A stretch of DNA of 37,492 nt, taken from assembly GCF_001194135.2 (NCBI RefSeq), contig NC_068992.1, positions 18,598,991 to 18,636,482 on the forward strand. Reading direction: 5' to 3'. Positions 11,859 through 22,375 of this stretch are shown here, piece after piece. Made by a program: the position numbers and the translations under genes. The notes beneath the pieces are model-generated. The model ran no database searches and was not told the origin of the DNA. It saw only the letters and a program-made list of their open reading frames with translations. The first letter of the stretch is position 1. Each line of letters starts with the position of its first letter. The DNA is from Octopus bimaculoides. Its lineage: Eukaryota.

Positions 11859-11943
11859 GTCGCTGCTGCTGCTGATATTACTACTACTATTACTACTACT
11901 ACTACTGATGAGGAAGATGCTACTGCTGCTGCTGCTACTACTA

Positions 11944-12020
<77 letters not shown>

Positions 12021-12032
12021 GCAGCAGCAGCA
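11818..12032. repeat. Compound (CTA)n/(CTG)n trinucleotide microsatellite
   Basis: Direct observation; source of the poly-L, poly-S and poly-V ORFs. Confidence 0.95.
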
Positions 12033-12982
12033 AAGCAGCAAAGCAATGCAAAATACCCCATTGATAGATTTTCAGGTAGTCTCCCCTATGCAGTTATCAT
12101 ATATATATGCAAATTTTACGTTTCTTTTATTAGCCACACAGGGCTCAACGAAGATGGGACAAATACAATGTAGAGCTTTTCTTTTTGGGAGGGGGAAGGA
12201 AAAAAAAGGGGGGGGTCGATCAAAGGGGATCGTAGGAAAGAAAAGGGGGTAGTTCGATCAAAAGGGATCGAAAAAAAAAAAAGGGCGATCAATAGGGATC
12301 GTGTATCACACAGTAATGTTCTCGTGTAAAAGGAGGGGAGGACAGTTTAGGTTTGGCCGTGGAAATTTTAAAATTTATTCAATCGAAAATCTTCTCTCGG
12401 GTATTCCGAAAACATTACACGCCTAATACACTTAACGGTCTATCATGGACCGTTGTCACTTTGTTATGCTTGTGGATACCCGATTTACTATTTTGTTGTG
12501 TGATTCCCCAACACCTTATATGGACCCTCAAGGGCCATATGGACACCGGTAGAGAACCACTGTTTTAGAATACCAGAGCCTACTTTTAAAAACTCGGGCT
12601 CATGAGAATATTACGAAGAGGGTTTGGATTAGTAAGTGTAGTTAAGGTGTAGAATTTATAGCATAGAACAGAGTGCTATGGGGTGTCTAGCTACGGACTT
12701 TTGTCATATTAAGTCAAGTTACACCGAGCTAAGTTTTGCATTTAGCCTTCGACGTCGATGAATTAAAGTCCAGTCAAGTACTTTGCTATTTATGGTGAAA
12801 TATTTCTTCCCACTAAGTTAAGTAGGTGTTCTTTCATCGAAGCTAGAAATCAATATTATGTAAATTATGCAGGAAAGATTGAGTTTTCAGAGTGGCAGTA
12901 AGAAACCCCCACCCACCACCTTCTAAAGTGCAAATTGCAACAAATACCATTTATTCGCAGGCATACTCAATCTATAAAATAA

Positions 12983-12997
12983 CTGCTGCTGCTGCTG

Positions 12998-13063
<66 letters not shown>

Positions 13064-13096
13064 GTACTAGTACTAGTACTAGTACTACTACTACAT
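12983..13096. repeat. (CTG)(CTA)n microsatellite
   Basis: Direct observation. Confidence 0.95.
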
Positions 13097-13712
13097 TACT
13101 GGGGTGGATTTAATAAACTCCTCTTCCATCCACTCGCAAATAACTTAGATGTACTTTGTCAAAGTGCATTGAAAAATATAGACAAGCAAAAATAGATACG
13201 CGATATTCAAAACAGATTTAGATGAGGTATTAGTAAATATCTACCCAGAGTTCATTATAAATACTACACGTATTTGTGAAGATCGTAAAGATAATTCTGA
13301 ATAACATATGTGATGAGAGGAATAAACACTAAAGCTAAATTTAATTTCCTAGCTTTGATTCACCATTGTGAACTTTGTTCTATAGTTGTCAATGGCCGCA
13401 CATCTGTTAACAGCTGAGTTACACGCAAGCAGGACTTTCATCTTTCTTTCATCAATATATCAGCATGTTATCGATGCCGTAACTCCCTTTATTCTATAAC
13501 CATTTCAATTACGTATAACACCTGCCTGGAGTTGCTTAATTCAACCTTAACAAGTTGGTGCAAGTCTTTGAAAAGTTAGTAGCAAAAACAGATATATTTT
13601 GAAATGTATCTCATCACATTTCGTTTGCTGTAGTAAGTAAAAGTTAGTAAATACAAGCAGAGCAATGAGGTTTCGATACTTGCTGAAATTGTATGACTTA
13701 GCGGTATTGGAT

Positions 13713-14093
13713 TGTATCACTCCGTCGCTTATGACGTCGAGGGTTCCAGTTGATCCGATCAGCGGAACAGCCTACTCGTGAAATTAACGTGCAAGTGGCT
13801 AAGCACTCCACAGACACGTGTACCCATAACGTAGTTCTCGGGGATATTCAGCGTGATACAGTGTGACAAGGCTGACCCTTTGAATTACAGGCACAACAGA
13901 AAGAGGAAGTAAGAGTGAGATAAAGTTGTGGTGATAGAGTACAGCAGGGTTCGCCACCATCCCCTACCGGAACCTCGTGGAGCTTTAGGTGTTTTCGCTC
14001 AATAAACACTCACAACGCCCGGTCTGGGAAGCAAAACCGCGATCCTATGACCTCTAGTCCACTGCCCTAACCATTGGGCCATTGCGCCTCCAC
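13713..14093 (-). mobile_element. Full-length tRNA-derived SINE, family C, with a perfect TSD
   Basis: 13-bp TSD agcggtattggat (13700-13712 / 14094-14106); revcomp head ggcgcaatggcccaatggttagggcagtggac with a degenerate B-box. Confidence 0.9.
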
Positions 14094-14305
14094 AGCGGTA
14101 TTGGATAAAAGTTCATATTCACCCCTTTCTTTTTTCCTTAAGTGCAAAATCATCACCACTGGCGTCACAAACGTGGTACGGGTGCGAAACGTGCTGGCGT
14201 CATTATTATAACCCTTAAGACTAATATAGTTCTATGTTTAAGAGATGAGGAATTGTGTACATTATTTGCAATTGACGGGTATTTGTTCTCATCATCTTTG
14301 TTGTT

Positions 14306-14351
14306 AACACAACGTTTCGGCTGATATACCCTCCAGCCTTCATCAGGTGCC
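14306..14351 (-). ncRNA. Minimal type I hammerhead ribozyme motif (Penelope/retrozyme type)
   Basis: GGCAC CTGATGA A GGCTG-gagggtatat-CAGCC GAAAC GTT^ GTGTT: intact core, 5-bp stem II, stem I (2 G-U pairs), palindromic AACGTT stem III. Confidence 0.75.
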
Positions 14352-14580
14352 TTGGTGAAATTTCGAACCTCGGTTCTTATTTCTAAGGCATTTTTCGATG
14401 TTATTATTATTATTATTATTTTTATTATTATTATTCAGGTCACTGCCTGGAATCGAACTTGGAATCTTGGGGTTAGTAACCTACGCACTTAACCACTATG
14501 CCATATGCCCGTGAAATAGTGGTTAAGAGCACGGGTTACTAACCCCAACATTCCGAGTTCGATACCAGGCAGTGACCTGA

Positions 14581-14622
<42 letters not shown>

Positions 14623-14669
14623 TCGAAAAATACCTTAGGGATGAGAACCCAGGTTCGAAATTTCCCCAA

Positions 14670-14715
14670 GACACATGATGAAAGCTGGAGGGTATATCAA
14701 TCGAAACGTTGTGTT
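14670..14715 (+). ncRNA. Degenerate hammerhead copy in the opposite arm
   Basis: GACAC ATGATGA A AGCTG-gagggtatat-CAATC GAAAC GTT GTGTT; C3 changed to A and stem II mismatched. Confidence 0.55.
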
Positions 14716-17266
14716 AACAGCAAACAAGATGAGGACAAATATCCGTTAAATGTAAATAAAGTACCTTAAGTCCAAATATTTTTTGTGCAATGTTCCTGTA
14801 GAAATTACTTAATTAATTTAATTAAAAAGAAGACATTAAAAGTTTCCCGTGCGGCGAACGCAGGGGAATATCGAGACTGTTACTCTCCTTTTTACACATT
14901 TTATAAACTATAACAAAAATACAAATAGCAATTATTTAACCTAAAACATGATGCATACATTAAATACGCCCATCCAAGGTACAATATCTCAAAACACAAA
15001 GAATAGCTACACATGCACTTATATATTCATGATGTACACAAATATATGGCAGGTATACATAATACTGAAATACGCATAAAATAAAAACATGCAGACAAAT
15101 ATATTGATATATCAAATTAAAAAAAAAATAATAAAAAAACCTAAATTCAATAAAGAGATGAAAGAAACAGTAAGATGATACATGTTCATCTTATTAGGTA
15201 TTTCTGCTTATTTAGAAACCTACAATGAAAAGGTCATTTCACAGATGTTAAACCATAAATTTCACAGGATACAGTCTTAAAGTTAATATCGCTCCGCTAA
15301 ACGCCGCAAATTTCTGTCTCGCTATTGGCTAAGAATACACAATTTTTCAATTTTTAAATCTCTGTAACTTTTTCCTCCAATTCCTTTCTCCACATCATCA
15401 TACCTTCATAGCAATTAGACTGGAAATCTTTACTATTAAAGCCAATTTTCAGACATTTTACTGTCTTTTAAAAAGATGCGGGTTTTGAGAATGAAAAAAA
15501 CAACTAGATCCCATCCGTCGATCCCACAACATCTTGCATGGATCCCTGTTGAGAAATCCTGGCCTAGTTCATAAGGCGAACTGATAAGTCTTTTTAGTTA
15601 TAACTGTTGTATCTTTACTAGAAAAAAGGAAACAAAGAAAAGAAAATCATTTTCATGATAAGAGAAAAAGGCCTGCTTTTGGTGTATTGTTATTTGTGTG
15701 CGCGCTGGATGTGCATGCACAAATACGTGCACATAAAGTAAGATAACAAATTGCGAATAATTTGGTTACCGAATGCATATACTGTAACCTACTCCAAAAT
15801 GCACATGCACATAGGTGCCAATAGAGCAAACACGTGAATCCGGGGAGTGTAATATGAAGCCTCTATGAAAAACACTCACATAAAACTTCAATTATCTCGT
15901 AGAATCTATTTCTTCTCACATTAGCCACTTCGTACAATACCCTACTACTATCTACTGTGTCCATACGCCTACGCACACGAAAGCAAAATCACGTAAATAC
16001 ATGCATACGCACGTATAGAACCAAACGTATACGCATGCACTTCTAAACCCATTACACTCCTACATTCATATTCCCCCACACTCGTACCAAATAACCCACG
16101 CAGGATAATATCATAGAACTACATTCTCAGCAAACGGACATTCGCACACACATACACACACTAAACCCCACTACAAAACAAAACTCATAAATCCAAAAGA
16201 AATACATTAGACAAAACTACACCCAAGAATCAAAAAGAGAAATAAGCATATAAACGTAGCCTCAGCAGCAGCTGTAGTATTTGGCGCCAGTCATACCAGA
16301 CTATTTATTAAATGCCCTGTGAACATTTATAGATGCGTACACCATTCATTCGGAAGTTACTTTGCGCCTAAAGATGTGCTTCAGACGATCATCTAGAAAC
16401 TCAGTGAAATGGAATGATATCACTGTAGGTCCTTTAGATAAGCAGCATCTGTGTGTACGNNNNNNNNNNNNNNNNNNNNNNNNNNNNNNNNNNNNNNNNN
16501 NNNNNNNNNNNNNNNNNNNNNNNNNNNNNNNNNNNNNNNNNNNNNNNNNNNNNNNNNNNNNNNNNNNNNNNNNNNNNNNNNNNNNNNNNNNNNNNNNNNN
16601 NNNNNNNNNNNNNNNNNNNNNNNNNNNNNNNNNNNNNNNNNNNNNNNNNNNNNNNNNNNNNNNNNNNNNNNNNNNNNNNNNNNNNNNNNNNNNNNNNNNN
16701 NNNNNNNNNNNNNNNNNNNNNNNNNNNNNNNNNNNNNNNNNNNNNNNNNNNNNNNNNNNNNNNNNNNNNNNNNNNNNNNNNNNNNNNNNNNNNNNNNNNN
16801 NNNNNNNNNNNNNNNNNNNNNNNNNNNNNNNNNNNNNNNNNNNNNNNNNNNNNNNNNNNNNNNNNNNNNNNNNNNNNNNNNNNNNNNNNNNNNNNNNNNN
16901 NNNNNNNNNNNNNNNNNNNNNNNNNNNNNNNNNNNNNNNNNNNNNNNNNNNNNNNNNNNNNNNNNNNNNNNNNNNNNNNNNNNNNNNNNNNNNNNNNNNN
17001 NNNNNNNNNNNNNNNNNNNNNNNNNNNNNNNNNNNNNNNNNNNTATATATGAGCGATGGCTAGAGAAATATTGAGCTTTGTTTTTAATAACCAGTTGATC
17101 TAGCAAGCGGGGCCTTATATCAGTGAGGGGGCCGGTGCACATTGATGCAGTCGAGAGGGAGGCTCCGAACAGGCGCGCATTCTCTCCTGATGACCCCATA
17201 CACTGGCTGGCTAACGGTATGCGGAGTTTTCGACTGGTAGCACTTGCATGTGTGAGTTGTTTGCAA

Positions 17267-17323
<57 letters not shown>

Positions 17324-17390
17324 GTAACGAGCAGAATGCGATATGTTTCGTTGGATTGCTAGTCGATTATACCAACCCTTCATCAATAAC

Positions 17391-17594
17391 AAAGCCTGAA
17401 ATTTTGTCGAGGAGGATAATCGATTACATCGATCCAAGTGTTTCACTGGGTCTTAATTTATCGACCCCGAAAGGATGAAAGGCAAAGTCGACCTCGGCTG
17501 AATTTGAACTCAGAACGTAGCGACGGGCGAAACACCGCTATGCATTTCGTCCACTGTGCTTGCTAACAATCCTGCCAACTCGCCACCTTAACCT
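17391..17594 (-). mobile_element. Family A SINE
   Basis: ttatcgaccccgaaaggatgaaaggcaaagtcgacctcggc core; 12-bp TSD ttcRtcaataac (17379-17390 / 17595-17606). Confidence 0.9.
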
Positions 17595-18793
17595 TTCGTC
17601 AATAACGAAAAAATAAATGTGAACGTCGCGCTGAAACTTTACTACAGAAAAATATAGCCGTCAGTACAAGAAGGCATTTCTTTTTCTGGCGCCTGATTCT
17701 GCAATCCAACTGTTTCTCATTTAATCGATAATATAACCATATATTTAGCGAATTGATTTTGAATTCCATGTTGCTGTTAATATATATTTAGTTACTTACA
17801 CGTGAACGTTATTTTCCTGTCGTAGATTTGTTCCGGAAATTACATACGATATATCGAATAAAATAAGTGCTACATCATTTGCTTTCTTCTTGGAATTCTT
17901 AAAAGCACTATGGTTTACTTTTCTTCTCGATGTTGTGAAATGTCTGCGGAGATGTCACGTTTTATTGAGAATCTGATTTTAATTTTCTAGTCAATACAAT
18001 AGAACAGGTTAATAATTGAGACTTCTTTTATACCATTACAATTTATCTGTCAATCTTCTTTAAAAGGTATTCGAACGCTTTCATATATGCAGTTAAATAT
18101 ATACAGTTATCTATAATCTTATGGATATCCATTGCCAAAATTGTCAGATTGAAAATATTTAGTGACTTAATTAAGGATCAAATTTAGCAATTTCAGCAGA
18201 AAGGGAGTTTAGACTGCAACTACAGTTCGACTGTCTCTAGCAATTTAAACTATAACATCTTGATTTACATTTTCTGTATGAAGCACAGGTATTTTCATCT
18301 GGCTGATATTGAGTGCAAATTGATAAGTAAACTCAAGGATGTTTTGTTATACTTCTTGAACAGTGACTCCATTTTTTTAAACACTAGATCAGTATAGTCA
18401 AATAATTTCGATGGGCCACTATATTTAACGGCATTTATTTTACGGAAACTCGCAGGAGAAAATGCAGTTATCCTTAACAAACCTAAAACACAGAATATAT
18501 ATATATATATTGTGTGTGTGTGTGTGTGTTTGAATGTATATGCCTTTATTATGAGATTACCGTGAGGCAACGATTAGAGTGTGTATTTCATCTGTAAATG
18601 TATGTTTTGACGCAGAGGCAAACAACTACTCCGCACAAACCACGTACATTTTTAGTAAACATAAGACTGGAAAAAAAAAAGAAAGAAAAAGGGAGAGCAT
18701 TCGATTTATAAGTCGCCTTTAGCAACAACTTATTTTGCTTCTGTGGAGAGTAACTAGAACCTGATCTGGGATGTGGGCTAAATGAATAATGTA

Positions 18794-19840
18794 CTGTGTT
18801 GAGTCAAACGTTTTGCAATGTTTTGGTAACTTATTTGCATTATTCCTCAGATTACTACAAAAGTAGCTTTGCCTTCAGAGTAGAAGCCAACGTGTTGTAC
18901 GGTCTGAAGTTACCTTTTTCTTCTCCTCTCAGTTTTTTGATTCCACGCAGATATCAGTTCTTCTTCGACCCGAAGAACTCCTTTACTGAAGCTGAAACTA
19001 CCTTTTGGCTGAAGAAGCGTCGCGAGCAAAGGAAGTGAGCCATGGATCAAAACAAGTAATAATACGAAAGAGCTAGGTCCGGTCAATATGTTGGGTGTGG
19101 CATCAGCTCAATTGCTTTTGGTTCCGTGAGTTTATTCCTGGTCATTCGAGAAATATGAGGTCTAGCGTAATCTTGCTACTGAAGAGCTTGCTTTCTGTTA
19201 AGCAAATACGGGTATTTTTGTGGCACGGTTCGTGGGTACAGATCCACTTCAGCTGTTCGGGGTACAGATTGGCATTGATGGTTCAACCATCCGTAACGAA
19301 CTCATAATGATTTCTTTCCTCCATAGTTTTTCCTCAAAAGTTCCACCAGGGGCAGAGCATCCCCTTGAGTTCGAAACACTCATGTTTGACAACAGGTTCC
19401 GAAGTTCGAAACTTTAGTGAAGGAGTTCTTTGTTTGAGAGAACAAGAACTGCTATCGTTCATTTCACACTTCGTTCTTTCCTTCCCCCTCTCTCAAGAAC
19501 TAACAGAACGATGGCTTCAGACTGTACAACACGATGGCTTGTACTTTGAACGGTAAACTGCTTTCGTTGTAACTTCACGAATAAATGAAATAAGTAACCA
19601 AAATATTCTTTTCTACTCTCGGCACAAGGCCCGAAATTTTTGGGGAGTCGATTATATCAACCCCAGTACGCAACTGGTACTTAATTTGTCGACCCCGAAA
19701 GGACGGAAGTCAAAGTTGACTTCGGTGGAGTAACCAAAATATTCTTTTCTACTCCAGGCACAAAGCCCGAAAATTTGGGGGAGGCAAACTCGACCTCGGT
19801 GGAGTAACTAAAATGTTGCAAAACATTTGACTCAACATAA
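18794..19840 (-). mobile_element. Decayed, internally deleted Tc1/mariner (DD34D) element with both TIRs and TA TSD
   Basis: Minus-strand translation with stops and frameshifts: GMLCPWWNF, HYEFVTDG*TINANLYPEQL, QDYARPHISRMTRNKL, ELMPHPTY*PDLALSYYYLF (HDNARPH and HPPYSPDLAPSDYHLF motifs); TIRs ctgtgttgagtcaaacgttttgcaa / ttgcaaaacatttgactcaacataa flanked by TA. Confidence 0.9.
19605..19803 (-). mobile_element. Two tandem 5'-truncated family A SINE pieces inserted in the mariner right TIR
   Basis: gtaacYaaaat repeated at 19594-19604, 19730-19740 and 19804-19814, bracketing SINE 3' segments. Confidence 0.8.
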
Positions 19841-20360
19841 TACTGATTCTGAGTGATTTCATTGGCTGACTACTTAAGGAAACACATTTTGCGTACCTTC
19901 AAAGCCTACTTTTCAAAGTGTGAATAAACGTATGTTTAGTAAAGTCTTATCTTCACATTTCTTTTTTTATTACACTTAAAAATCGCAAGGTAGTGCTTAT
20001 AGTAATTAATTTATTTACGTTGCCAACTAGAGCGCTGTTACCGAGTTTAAAGGAACCAACTCCATTATATAAGAATCGGGTGTCAGCAGTAACTTGTTAA
20101 AATCTACAGTTTATTTAACGAAGAATATGAGATCCCGATCCAAAATCAGGCGTTAAAAGATTATGAAACAAGTGCTGGCGTGAAATAGAAATTTTCACAG
20201 CAACACAAATTGTTTATTAAAGCGCATGCTCTTCAAGTTTACACTTTACATTTCATATATGATACCTCTGCACAGTAATGTATGTGTGTATGCACATATG
20301 TATGCATGGATGGATGGATGGATGTTTGTATGTACATATACATATATGCATGTATGTATA

Positions 20361-20540
20361 TCGGAGTTCGCGCTATCCAACAGAACTGCTTGCAGAACTT
20401 GCATTTGCAGCTGATATCTGCTTTCTTGAAGACTACTTGTCAGCAAACCAGGATTTACTCAATCCTCTCGAGAGAACTACTTGAAAAAGTTGAGGAGTAC
20501 TATGGTGTCCACACCAATACTTTTTTTTCTATCCGAATCG
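20361..20540 (+). mobile_element. Short non-LTR reverse transcriptase fragment (RTE-like)
   Basis: LAELAFAADICFLED..NQDLLNPLE resembles the (D/E)LxFADDIxLL RT catalytic region. Confidence 0.55.
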
Positions 20541-20646
20541 GTCAGGCCTGAGGGAGGGCAATTACCCACTCTCTTCATAAACACTGTTTCTTGCCATTTA
20601 TAATAAAATAAATATATGCAACTATAAAAGTTATAAAAAACATATA

Positions 20647-20729
20647 CAGTACTATTTCTACTTCGCGGATTTTCAACTATGGCGGGGGAATTTGGAACGT
20701 AACACCCGCCATAGTCGATGGATTACTGT
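20647..20729. mobile_element. Short Tigger/pogo-like MITE
   Basis: TA|CAGTA...TACTG|TA ends; internal inverted repeat actatggcggg / cccgccatagt. Confidence 0.6.
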
Positions 20730-20844
20730 ATTTTTTGTGAACGTATGAATGTGTGTTTTTGCCGAGAAGGACGTACATACGTGCATCTGATTTTATCGGT
20801 TGTGTGCATGTATGTGCGCATAAATATATTTTATCTTTTAATCG

Positions 20845-21215
20845 TTTCATTCATTTGTTTTCGGCCATGCTGGGGCACTGCCTTGAAGAATTTTTAGTTG
20901 AATGATTCGACTCCAGTACTTAACCTTTTCCCATCCCATTCTATGGGTAATTAATCTCTTTGCTTGACCATTAAGTGACGGGGAAGCAGATACACCAACA
21001 CCGGTTGTCAAGTACAAACAAATACACACGCACATACACACAAACACACACACATACATATATATGAAGGGCTTCTTCCAGGTTCCAACAACGAAATTCA
21101 TTAACAAGGACTTGGTCGGTCCGACGCTATAAAAATAATTTTTCGCCCAAGCTGTCACACAGTGGGACTGAACCAGGAAACCATGTAGTTCATAAGCAAA
21201 CTTCTTGCTGCACAG
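20845..21215 (-). mobile_element. Family B SINE
   Basis: ggccatgctggggcactgcc, caccaacaccggttgtcaag and cagtgggactgaacc segments in antisense. Confidence 0.8.
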
Positions 21216-21228
21216 ATATATGTGTGTT

Positions 21229-21273
<45 letters not shown>

Positions 21274-21879
21274 CCAAGGAATTGACCAAATAATTCATTA
21301 TGTCAACATATGTTATAATATTATTATGCTTTTTTTCTGTTAAACATTAACTTAGTGTATATTCAATATGCATTATTACTCNNNNNNNNNNNNNNNNNNN
21401 NNNNNNNNNNNNNNNNNNNNNNNNNNNNNNNNNNNNNNNNNNNNNNNNNNNNNNNNNNNNNNNNNNNNNNNNNNNNNNNNNNNNNNNNNNNNNNNNNNNN
21501 NNNNNNNNNNNNNNNNNNNNNNNNNNNNNNNNNNNNNNNNNNNNNNNNNNNNNNNNNNNNNNNNNNNNNNNNNNNNNNNNNNNNNNNNNNNNNNNNNNNN
21601 NNNNNNNNNNNNNNNNNNNNNNNNNNNNNNNNNNNNNNNNNNNNNNNNNNNNNNNNNNNNNNNNNNNNNNNNNNNNNNNNNNNNNNNNNNNNNNNNNNNN
21701 NNNNNNNNNNNNNNNNNNNNNNNNNNNNNNNNNNNNNNNNNNNNNNNNNNNNNNNNNNNNNNNNNNNNNNNNNNNNNNNNNNNNNNNNNNNNNNNNNNNN
21801 NNNNNNNNNNNNNNNNNACTCTCTCATGCACCAAATGTCAATTCCTGAATTAAAATTCATGAAGTAAAATTGTGAAGCA

Positions 21880-21945
21880 ACACCAAATGGCGGTGCCCCA
21901 GCATGGCCACAGCTCATGAGCTGAAACTAGATAAAATGAAAAATG
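21880..21945 (+). mobile_element. SINE 3' tail fragment
   Basis: ggcggtgccccagcatggccacagct...gctgaaactagataaaat. Confidence 0.6.
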
Positions 21946-22173
21946 AAAATGGGCTATTTTCCTTCAGAAGCCATTGGTGTGTTTCGCCCCAAAACTGAAG
22001 AATCTGAAATAAAAAAAAAGAGAGGGCATTACACAGAATAATGAAAACATAACAACAATTGTGTTGCTATAGTGTGCAAAGGAGTTGGGAAAGTTTCATC
22101 AAAACTGATTCACAGAAAACTGGGAAATTCTAAATTTCACTAAGTTATTAGCGTGGTTCTTTCTGGGTGTGTG

Positions 22174-22225
<52 letters not shown>

Positions 22226-22226
<1 letters not shown>

Positions 22227-22375
22227 ATGACAGGCTTCTTCAAGTTTCCATCTACCAAATTCGGCACGAGGATATAGTAAAAGACACTTGCCCAAGGTGC
22301 TACGCAGTGGGACTGAACCCAGAATCGATGTCGTTATGAAGCTAGCTTCTTACCACACACCTACGCCTGCACCTT
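22226..22375 (-). mobile_element. Family B SINE 5' part
   Basis: agacacttgcccaaggtgctacgcagtgggactgaaccc...cttaccacacacctacgcc. Confidence 0.85.

Larger units (their letters stand above)
14228..14764. mobile_element. Palindromic element: two head-to-head units, each tRNA-like head + (AAT)n + hammerhead-containing tail
   Basis: About 14256-14510 is the reverse complement of about 14511-14764; A-box TGGCATAGTGG and B-box AGTTCGATTCC; possible degenerate TSD ccttaag..aatat (14213-14227 / 14764-14779). Confidence 0.85.

Noticed and set aside
11740-12252. Poly-Leu, poly-Ser and poly-Val/Ala ORFs
   Set aside because: Translations of a (CTA)/(CTG) microsatellite with no coding context
12217-12301. 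CRISPR-like repeat-spacer pattern
   Set aside because: Eukaryotic context, 16-bp units, only three copies, low-complexity spacers, no cas genes
14511-14575. Functional tRNA gene (anticodon ACT)
   Set aside because: No acceptor stem pairing, and it is embedded in a repeated palindromic element; a tRNA-derived head, not a tRNA gene
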